DNA of 64,000 nucleotides from a virus: IMG/VR virus record IMGVR_UViG_3300035666_000015, positions 5,541 to 69,540 of that record; one strand, 5' to 3'. Shown piece by piece: positions 56,281 to 64,000 of this stretch (position 1 is its first letter; each line of letters starts with the position of its first letter). The notes under the pieces were generated by a model. It saw only the letters and a program-made list of their open reading frames with translations, ran no database searches and was not told where the DNA came from. The position numbers and the translations under genes were made by a program.

Positions 56281-58928
56281 TTAACGAATAGGACAAGCGC
56301 CTTTTTCGCAATCTTCCGCAGCCAACTCTTCTTCAACACAAGTTGGTACTGAGTTAATCACGCGTGTACTTGCTACAAGCTTATTATATGCCTCTTCTGA
56401 TATTTCTTCATAAGGAGCTTGAAGGAAACCATGATCAGAATGCAGCATAAAACTAACAGTTTTTATACCATTAGTGTAATTCTTTTCCAGATACGAGCGT
56501 ATGGCTGGTAATTCTTCCGGCTTATAATACACAGTACAAGACACTGAATTATCAGACCAATTGGCTTGTAAGCGACTGATCATTTCCAACTGTTTAATAG
56601 CTGTGACATCTCTTGCCAGAACCGTACCATCCGGATATCTGAAAGGAAATGTAACAACACAAGTACCATAATTCAAACTACCGTCGAAATTCTTAGCGAA
56701 CTCGACCGGATAACCATGATCAGTACAAGTTGTTACTAACGGATGTTCAGCAGCTATCCGTATCCTTCTTAGCATAAACTGAGCAAATCCAGGATGGATA
56801 CCGGGGGTAACACCGGGCAGTAATGATAAGGTACCACTAGGTTTTACAGTTGTCAGTTTGATACTAGTAGGCCAACCACGTAATGCTGAGTATTCTTCAT
56901 CAGTTGTACGTAGGAACTCGTAAGCTTCATTCAACCAACCCATCTGTAAGTCAGAAGCTTGACAAATACCAGTTAATCCAATACCCATCCTCAAATTACG
57001 ATGTACAACTTCTTCTGTTTCTTTCTGATGGCTGCTTAACATCAGACTGTGTTTATTTAATCGATAAACCAGCTGGGATATATCAAGGAACTCACCCAAA
57101 CTAGTAATAGCTGGAAGATTAATATCTGCTAGGCAGCATGTTTCAAAATCTTCCAAACTTTGTTCTGCACCATTTTGTTCAACACGATTCGCTAATTCGT
57201 GCCCGTCTTTCGACTGCTACATATCACTATGCAGATCGGACTATATCATCTTGTGACGCGCTTCCACCCGCTTGGGTGTACTCTACTCTTCTACGATTTG
57301 AGTTCTCTAAAAAGTCTGCCCAGGTGTCATTGCCGTCACCATTACAATGGGTACAGTAGATTACACCGTCTCCTGGTTTAGGCTGTTTTACTTTGGGATC
57401 TTTTCCCGTACCACTACAGTTTGGGCATATACTTCTCATTAACACTCTCCTATAGAATTTCGATAGTCTCTACACTTTCTAAACCCGCCAAGGTTTCTGT
57501 TTTAACTTAAATCTTTTGTTATTAGCTCGTGAGCGTGTTCCATCTAAATATGTCACATTTGCTGTATCGTTATCCGAAAGTGATTTAGACACTTTGGCAT
57601 AACGAACACTCTGAATGAATCTGAATTTAAAACCATCATCATCAAATAATGTATCAGAGATGTTTAGAACTATGTTTATAAAGTCACCTGTAAGCCGACT
57701 CCTCATAAGAGAGCCTACAGCTGGTTGAGTATTTATAGGTGTTTGTTTAAAAATCACTTGACGCATTTATGACACTCCTCTAGTAGTCATGTCAGTTAAT
57801 ATACAACTTGGCGGGTCTAGCTTAGCTCGGGATTGCCTACGTGAGGTGTTCCCCGAATTCACGTCATTTTAAATCCGCCTGCTAGTGAAACGGATTATAT
57901 CCAACTACTTTTGGATCAGGATATCTAGTATCACCTAATCTACCAACTTTTCTAGAGAGTTCTGGGTTTATCAGACCATAACACTCTCCATTGCCTTTAT
58001 AGCCTTCCCAGAAGTATTCGTGCAAATCCTCTAGATCGCTACAAGCAACACTGTTATTACTCATAGCGCGCCAAGGTGGAATATTGCCTAAGTCCCAACG
58101 TTTGGCCAACAAATATTCAATATCATCAGGATCACCAATGCACAACAAAGCAGATCGCCTAACGTTGCCTGCAACTATTATTGCAGCAATGATATTCATG
58201 ACATCCAAACAATCGATAGGCCTTACACTACGACCGCGACGTTTCATCAAGACTTCTGAAATTTGCTGAAGACCTCTGCATAAATCTTCAGGCCCAGAAG
58301 CCACCCCGCCAAATCCTTTGATTGGTGTACCTTTACCACGTATAGCTTGTGTTGAGTACGTAAAGGTTCCCTTCTCAGCAGAATCACTCAAGAAAGCTGC
58401 TTTCAGGGTCTTACCTAAGAACCTTACCCAACCCTCACGCGAGTCTGGTATGATGAAATCAGCACCACCGTGATCAACTCGTGTAGGGGGTTTAAACCAA
58501 GATTTAACAGGAGGTAGCTTTTCAACATATTGTCGTTGAATGCTAAAACCTACACCGCAGCCTAATCCTAGCATATCCATGGCCCAACAGAAAGGTCTGA
58601 CAGGGCTGTCTATCACCTTAAACGCGCAGTTTTGCAAAGAAGATAATCCTAAACGATCAACTGTAGGAGTTCCTAATTGCCACAAGAATCTGCCAGCAGG
58701 AAATGCTTTTAGCTGTAGCATATATTCTGCTAACCTTATTGCTTCATCTTTCGAGAAGACACCGCCTAGCTGGGTTTCAGAGGCGTTTATTATCCGTAAT
58801 ATCGTATCCGGCCATTCTTCTTGCTGACCGTTTTCCATTTTGCGACTATATGTTCGCTTGTAGGTAAGGTAACCGACAGTAGACCACGGAGTCTCAATTT
58901 TTGGCAAATCGTTAATAGTTAGTTGCAT
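56281..58928 (-). CDS. nrdJ: class II (B12-dependent) ribonucleotide reductase, spliced; exons 58928-57890 and 57170-56281; 642 aa
   Basis: YKRTYSR, PAGRFLW, LQNCAF, AGNVRRSA, NPCAE restored by splicing, TTVKPSGT, C-terminal CEKGACPIR. Confidence 0.92.
57227..57445 (-). CDS. intron-borne DnaJ-type zinc-finger miniprotein
   Basis: CPNCSGTG and CTHCNGDG; AGGAG SD; 3' part overlaps the intron core. Confidence 0.55.
   Translation of the reverse strand: MLMRSICPNCSGTGKDPKVKQPKPGDGVIYCTHCNGDGNDTWADFLENSNRRRVEYTQAGGSASQDDIVRSA
57479..57766 (-). CDS. intron-borne 95-aa ORF of unknown function
   Basis: GAGGAG SD; enclosed by the stem CTAGACCCGCCAAG / CTTGGCGGGTTTAG; no endonuclease motif visible. 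Confidence 0.6.
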   Translation of the reverse strand: MRQVIFKQTPINTQPAVGSLMRSRLTGDFINIVLNISDTLFDDDGFKFRFIQSVRYAKVSKSLSDNDTANVTYLDGTRSRANNKRFKLKQKPWRV

Positions 58929-59214
58929 TCAATACCTTTTCTTTCATTAGCAATTGTATTTCATCCATGGTTGTTGGACCGGATTGCAAATCCCACTGCA
59001 AACCCAGGGCATTCATTATACTATCATCTGTCATATGGAATACACCTAATTCTGTTTTCAATAACCAATCACCTATATATGCAATTTCTGAATCTGACTT
59101 GCCATATATTATTGCTGCATTACCTTTGTACCAGCTACAAATACCATTACTAAAAGCAGCAGCTTCGTGTCGACTTTCATTTGTCAGCTTAAATCCTTGT
59201 AGATTTATTAGCAT
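58912..59214 (-). CDS. hypothetical protein
   Basis: Resembles its neighbour 59189..59482 (KLT..N.....F.NG...IGD...K..LGVFH). Confidence 0.65.
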   Translation of the reverse strand: MLINLQGFKLTNESRHEAAAFSNGICSWYKGNAAIIYGKSDSEIAYIGDWLLKTELGVFHMTDDSIMNALGLQWDLQSGPTTMDEIQLLMKEKVLNATNY

Positions 59215-59482
59215 ATATAAGATCGTTAAATTCTGGCATGCCTAGAGTATACAGCAAGGCATGTGTGGAAGTGTGAAATATGCCGAGTCGTGATTTAAAA
59301 GCAACATCACCTACACATATGCGACATTCTTCATCATTCAACCCACGATACTCTATCTCACGTTTTATAGGAGGCAACCTAGTACCTTTTATCGATCCGT
59401 TAACGAAACTGACCATTTGGTCAAAATTATCAACTGTCAACATAAGGATTTCAAACTCTACAGTTAATTTTCTTATTTCCAT
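59189..59482 (-). CDS. hypothetical protein
   Basis: LTVDNFDQMVSFVNG...VGD..FKSRLGIFH; likely tandem paralog of 58912..59214. Confidence 0.65.
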   Translation of the reverse strand: MEIRKLTVEFEILMLTVDNFDQMVSFVNGSIKGTRLPPIKREIEYRGLNDEECRICVGDVAFKSRLGIFHTSTHALLYTLGMPEFNDLIYANKSTRI

Positions 59483-59679
59483 TTCTAATCTTGAATTATA
59501 TATTTCACAGGTAACACACCGCTAGTGCCAACAACACTAAGGGCCAAAACAATATCCATATAAGTCTTGCAAATTTTCCATAGCGTTTAGAGATCTTGAA
59601 GAAATCTTCGCCAATACCTCTTCCGAAGTTGATGTATACTAGAAAGAACAATGTGCCCGAAATGAGTACATCCACTAGA

Positions 59680-59922
59680 TTAATCCGTATCAGTCAGTGA
59701 ATGTAAGCTATCAGGCGTATCTGACAAGCTTGCTGGAATACGCTTGAAGCTATTTTCACACACAATACTTTCTACAACCTTCGCTATTTGAACACATTTG
59801 CCTCTCATCTGTTCTGTAGCGGCGGCTTCCTTTGCTATATCGAGGGCATCTGCAAAAGTATTAGCAGAGTCAAAGATTATACCTTCTCTTTCAGCTAGTA
59901 CATAGTATTTATTGGTAGACAT
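59680..59922 (-). CDS. hypothetical protein
   Basis: 80 aa, GGAGG SD. Confidence 0.65.
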   Translation of the reverse strand: MSTNKYYVLAEREGIIFDSANTFADALDIAKEAAATEQMRGKCVQIAKVVESIVCENSFKRIPASLSDTPDSLHSLTDTD

Positions 59923-59930
59923 GAATCCTC

Positions 59931-62558
59931 CTAATCAAATGAAGTTACTTGGGTATCCACTGGGTATAATCGACCAGTAGCTATTTTATAAGTTGCAGCT
60001 CCAGCCATTCCAGTTAAGCCAGTATATCTACATTTTAATACTGAAAATTGCATTGTGTTCTTTTCTTCAACAGTCTCAGCCATTAAGTTTCTAGCAAATC
60101 CGATAACATCAAATGAGATTTGCTTGATTGAGCCTGAGTTGTGAGTTATTATATGATTACCTAGTAGAAAACGGGAATTACCATCGAGTACAAAACCATA
60201 GTAAGGCTGTTTATCTAGCTTCTCTACAATTATGCCTCGTTTCAACGCATCACATGCTCTCAGAACCTTATTAGACTTTTGACAAGGTATTTTTGAAATA
60301 TTACCAGATATCATAACTTGATAGATAATAGTGCCATTTGAACTATAAGCACCCTTTATAGTCTGAGCACGTAAGTTGCTATACAAACCTAAGGACCTAG
60401 CGATATCACGAACATCACTTGCAAGTTTGTAATCTTTTTGGTAAAAGTAAAAATTCTCGTCTCTATTAGAGTAAGAACCGTCAGTGTCTAGTAGTCCAGC
60501 TAACAGTTGTAAGCGATCTTCGATAGAGCTATAACGATACTGCACAGGAATATGTTTGTTATTCAACACGTTAAGACTTCTTAACTTCTCCAACATCTCT
60601 CCTTTTTCATTCGTTATGAAGTTGACATACTCTCTTTTACGGTTATTAGGCCAGGAAATCTTAGCCTCAATTTCATCAGCAACCCTTTGTGCAATGCCCA
60701 GCTCACTTGCATCCATGATCCTAAATGCGGATTTTGAGCCATCACCAAGCCATGCTCCGAATGCATATGGTGGAATTAACAATTCTCTTTTAGGTAACTC
60801 ATATCCAGAGGAATAATGCATCTTACAACGTTCTTGGTAGTTGGCAGATTTTTCTAAGAACTCCTTTACAGAAATATCAAAGATACGGTTGTTGTGTGAA
60901 AGCGTCAGCACATGATCTTCATTACATATAAAAGAATCTTTAGAAGTCTTCATACTAATCCTATACATCTGCTGCTCCCCTCTAGCGAGTCTTAATACAT
61001 TTCTAGGAGTACCATCGTCACCCATTAGTTGCATTCCAACATCTACATCCTGTACAGGAATCTTGCTTCCATTGTATAACAATACCTTGGTATTAAGCGC
61101 TAAACAACCTTTTATGTCATCTAAGGAAGGCATCCGACCCTCTTCAAATGATTTACCACCAAATGAGGCTTTGCGTAAATGCGATATAAGTCCTATCCAA
61201 ACTTCTGGATATTTCTTCACGAGACGTAATAAGTCATTCATTACTTTATCAATGGCTTCATTACCGGTAAGATCGCCTGCACCTTCAGATACAAGTATCG
61301 TAATATGATCCAAGTATATATGTTTACAACCTAACAATATCATATACTCTAGTTTGTCTACAATACCTTCATCATCAATAGAGCCTTGATGATCCAATAA
61401 GACAATCCGGTCATCTTTCCAAAGTTCATCAAAACCTTGTTTAAGATCTTCGATCGGTATTTCCTCATAAGCAGGATTTCGATTGATGGCCATGCCAGCC
61501 AATTTCCTACCAGTCTCAGCTGGAGCTTCTTCCAGAGAAACTACACCGACCATATCATCAGTGATTTCCAAAGTATGTATTAAGTCTTCTCTCAATACCG
61601 TACTCTTACCTGTACTGGTTCCTGATATAAACAGCGCAATCTCACCACCACGCTTCCCTTTGGTCTTAGCGTTAACACCTCCGATACATGGTGGATACGG
61701 TATAGATTTTCGGGAGTTGTATTCGACTAGCTGCTTCCATACCTGATCACCTGTTAAAATGCCAGCAGGAGTTATTCTAGCAGCATCAAATACAGACTGC
61801 ATAAGAGCTTTGGCACCCAAATTTCGCAATACATCTGACGCATCATTAAGCGGTAACTTTACTTTTCTTGCTTTGTCATACCCAATAACCTTCAGCAGTT
61901 CTGAAACAGCCTCTGCACCAGCCTCATCTTCATCCATCATTATTACAACTTCATCGAATGATCGTATGAATTCTCGATGAGCCATTGAAGATTTGTGAGC
62001 AATCGAGGAGGATGATAGGGCAACTACAGGATAGAATTTATTGTAATGCTCGAAAGATGCTTGAGCTACACTAAGACAATCTATTTCACCTTCTGTGATT
62101 ACTAGACGTTTTCCACCAGGTTGAAATCGATCAATTCCAAATAAATTAGATGATTTACCATTTGCCCAATAAAAATTCTTATCAGCTACACGTCTCACCT
62201 TAAAGCATGTATCTAACGCATACGGATAATGATGATGAGTAATATCGCCATCTTCATTAAATGCCAAAGTCACCTTATAAAATGCGGCAACTTCTTTTGA
62301 TATCTTCCGATCTCTAATGGCATGCGATTTGAATGCATCGGGATTGAACGGTGGCCGTAACTCCTTAGGACTTACAGGGGCTCTGGGAGCATCTCCAGTT
62401 TTATCTCTAACATTTCCATCTAAATCAAAGTGACCAGGTCTCTCATAATGACCACAATCCGCAGCGTAACAATAAGCAGAGCCGTCATCGTATATCTTCC
62501 AGCCTTGCTTACTATCACACTTGGGACAAGGTTGATCAGCTACAACTATCGTTCCCAT
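59931..62558 (-). CDS. T7 gp4-like primase-helicase precursor containing an intein
   Basis: Zinc finger CPKC...CYAADC, TOPRIM ITEGEID and DEDEAG, Walker A SGTSTGKS, LDHIT, ISHLRK, IKG|SGSIKQ. Confidence 0.95.
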   Translation of the reverse strand: MGTIVVADQPCPKCDSKQGWKIYDDGSAYCYAADCGHYERPGHFDLDGNVRDKTGDAPRAPVSPKELRPPFNPDAFKSHAIRDRKISKEVAAFYKVTLAFNEDGDITHHHYPYALDTCFKVRRVADKNFYWANGKSSNLFGIDRFQPGGKRLVITEGEIDCLSVAQASFEHYNKFYPVVALSSSSIAHKSSMAHREFIRSFDEVVIMMDEDEAGAEAVSELLKVIGYDKARKVKLPLNDASDVLRNLGAKALMQSVFDAARITPAGILTGDQVWKQLVEYNSRKSIPYPPCIGGVNAKTKGKRGGEIALFISGTSTGKSTVLREDLIHTLEITDDMVGVVSLEEAPAETGRKLAGMAINRNPAYEEIPIEDLKQGFDELWKDDRIVLLDHQGSIDDEGIVDKLEYMILLGCKHIYLDHITILVSEGAGDLTGNEAIDKVMNDLLRLVKKYPEVWIGLISHLRKASFGGKSFEEGRMPSLDDIKGCLALNTKVLLYNGSKIPVQDVDVGMQLMGDDGTPRNVLRLARGEQQMYRISMKTSKDSFICNEDHVLTLSHNNRIFDISVKEFLEKSANYQERCKMHYSSGYELPKRELLIPPYAFGAWLGDGSKSAFRIMDASELGIAQRVADEIEAKISWPNNRKREYVNFITNEKGEMLEKLRSLNVLNNKHIPVQYRYSSIEDRLQLLAGLLDTDGSYSNRDENFYFYQKDYKLASDVRDIARSLGLYSNLRAQTIKGAYSSNGTIIYQVMISGNISKIPCQKSNKVLRACDALKRGIIVEKLDKQPYYGFVLDGNSRFLLGNHIITHNSGSIKQISFDVIGFARNLMAETVEEKNTMQFSVLKCRYTGLTGMAGAATYKIATGRLYPVDTQVTSFD
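60138..61106 (-). mobile_element. intein with LAGLIDADG endonuclease domain (323 aa, residues 485-807)
   Basis: Begins CLALNT, ends ITHN before Ser; GAWLGDG and LLAGLLDTDG motifs. Confidence 0.93.
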
Positions 62559-63022
62559 ATCAATAAGTGCTCATGTTTGCCAATCGCTTTCCAAAAGCTA
62601 TTCCAATTTTTCACAATAACCTTATTAATCTCCTCATTTACTTTGAAAGTTATACTCTCAATCCTTGTGTTATAAAATTCATTTGATAACGGTACACAAG
62701 AGAGTGTTTGAAGAAAAGTCTCAGCCCATGCTAGCCCGCCCAATGTAGTACATTCGCCTAAGACAATGAAGTCAAATTCAGAAGCAGGTCTGATTGCCAG
62801 ATGATCCTTCAACTCTTTACAAGAAGTCTTATAAGTCCTCCAATCAGATTCTTCTCCCTTCTTCAAGCCTCTTTTAACTTTATAGGACTTCTTACCAATG
62901 TAGTACCGTTTAGCCCACTTATCATGCACTATGTATACAAAGCCTAGATAAGGTTTTTGTCCCATTTGGCGGTCGTATTTCCATACACCATTATTCATCG
63001 CATCTCCTTTGCTACAGGCCAC
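62546..63022 (-). CDS. GIY-YIG family protein
   Basis: GFVYIV...YYIGKK, SDWRTY, FYN. Confidence 0.75.
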   Translation of the reverse strand: MACSKGDAMNNGVWKYDRQMGQKPYLGFVYIVHDKWAKRYYIGKKSYKVKRGLKKGEESDWRTYKTSCKELKDHLAIRPASEFDFIVLGECTTLGGLAWAETFLQTLSCVPLSNEFYNTRIESITFKVNEEINKVIVKNWNSFWKAIGKHEHLLIWER

Positions 63023-63852
63023 TCATCAAAAGAAAAGAAATCAGAAGGGTGTCGTAGTATGTGTAGCAATTTCGCATTTGATAGCAAGTACTCCGCCCAC
63101 AAATTCTTATACTTATCGATATACATGCTAACAACTAACTCTTGCATAGCGGGTTCATTTCCAGCAGGTACACTCTTGATTAGCTTATCAGCTGTCTTTG
63201 GACCAATACCAGGCAATCCGGGAATATGGTCTACTAAGTCACCCTGTAGCATTTGACCATAATATAGCGCTAAGGCTTCTTCACGGCTTATAGTATGCCT
63301 CGTACCTTTTATAGGGTTATGGTGGCGACCTTCTATGCAGTTGAGATCTTTATCACCTGAACATACAACAAAAGGCTTTCCAATAGCACGACACTGTTCT
63401 GCCCATATTCGCACCAGATCGTCTGCTTCCATCCAATCCGCTCTCACCATAAATTCAGGGAATTCATGTTCCATGTACTCAGTTAGCAAAGCAACCCATT
63501 GATAGCGATCAGGACTCCTGTCTTGTCTAGAAAGCTTGTAATCAGGAAAGATTTCTGATCTAAAGTTAGTAGAGGACTTGACGGCAAATAAATACTCATC
63601 TGTAAAATATGTCTCACATATCTCTGTAACTAAATCCATTACAGATTTCGCAGATTTTCTTATTAAGAAATGCACCTCATCATAGCCAAAAGATATATCT
63701 TCGAGTGCTATCTCCGAAACATCTACACCTGTCGCTTCTGCTAGTTCTTTCTTCTTAACCTCATATATTGGTTTTAGAATTCTACGAGAGCCTTCATGCA
63801 ATACCATGTCACCATCAAATATTACTACAGTATCAGCTGTCGACACGACCAT
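62995..63852 (-). CDS. 5'-3' exonuclease / flap endonuclease
   Basis: FDGD, NFR..IFPDYK..R, EADD, DKDL, GD.VD.IPGLPGIGPKTA. Confidence 0.92.
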   Translation of the reverse strand: MVVSTADTVVIFDGDMVLHEGSRRILKPIYEVKKKELAEATGVDVSEIALEDISFGYDEVHFLIRKSAKSVMDLVTEICETYFTDEYLFAVKSSTNFRSEIFPDYKLSRQDRSPDRYQWVALLTEYMEHEFPEFMVRADWMEADDLVRIWAEQCRAIGKPFVVCSGDKDLNCIEGRHHNPIKGTRHTISREEALALYYGQMLQGDLVDHIPGLPGIGPKTADKLIKSVPAGNEPAMQELVVSMYIDKYKNLWAEYLLSNAKLLHILRHPSDFFSFDEWPVAKEMR

Positions 63853-64000
63853 TCTCGATTGCGATTTCTAAATATTTTGAATACGTCTGAAGCTTACTTC
63901 TAACATACTCAGCTTTTGGCAATAAGTCAATTCCTATAGAACTTTCAATATTGCCAATCCATAGATATACATCTGCTAATTCCTCAGATACTGCTTCATA
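63833..64000 (-). CDS. C-terminal fragment of a MazG-like NTP pyrophosphatase (partial)
   Basis: Open frame from the window edge containing EELADV; TGA at 63833. Confidence 0.5.
   Translation of the reverse strand, partial: YEAVSEELADVYLWIGNIESSIGIDLLPKAEYVRSKLQTYSKYLEIAIENGRVDS

Larger units (their letters stand above)
57171..57889 (-). mobile_element. group I intron in nrdJ (719 nt), splitting the catalytic Cys codon of NPCAE
   Basis: P1 AAUCCGU/GCGGAUU; P3 UGACGU/GCGUCA; P7 GACUA/UAGUC; terminal G; T|GT junction gives Cys. Confidence 0.92.

Noticed and set aside
56281-57156. Separate second ribonucleotide reductase subunit
   Set aside because: It is exon 2 of nrdJ; the catalytic NPCAE motif is split across the intron.
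1073-63256. All + strand ORFs in the track (for example 1073..1396, 20928..21707, 39926..40483, 53715..54329)
   Set aside because: They are antisense shadows of well-supported - strand genes, with no recognisable motifs.
1-64000. tRNA genes, integrase/repressor, reverse transcriptase (DGR or retron)
   Set aside because: No cloverleaf or T-loop pattern seen in the intergenic gaps and no such protein motifs recognised; tRNAscan-SE and HMM searches would be needed to exclude them fully.

Overview
The window is a 64-kb segment of a tailed dsDNA phage with a siphovirus-type tail module, and essentially every real gene is on the - strand. In transcription order (right to left) it holds: a replication/nucleotide-metabolism block (MazG-like fragment, 5'-3' exonuclease, GIY-YIG protein, intein-containing primase-helicase, class II ribonucleotide reductase with a group I intron, ATP-dependent ligase, nucleotidyltransferase, oligoribonuclease-like exonuclease, RNase HI); an AT-rich non-coding gap with 21-bp tandem repeats and two A25 tracts; terminase; a ~10.6-kb accessory insert between terminase and portal; head, tail and endolysin genes; and a putative early region ending in a T7-type RNA polymerase that runs off the left edge. 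Main result: the gene in the MuF (minor head protein) position is a MuF domain fused to a complete T7-family single-subunit RNA polymerase. It is split by three group I introns, and splicing them by hand gives a 1554-aa ORF with all catalytic motifs. Together with the second RNAP and a repeated 29-bp candidate promoter, this suggests a virion-delivered plus newly made two-polymerase transcription system. The nrdJ intron carries two small ORFs that do not look like homing endonucleases. All calls come from reading motifs by eye; no database search was run, so novelty is unverified.
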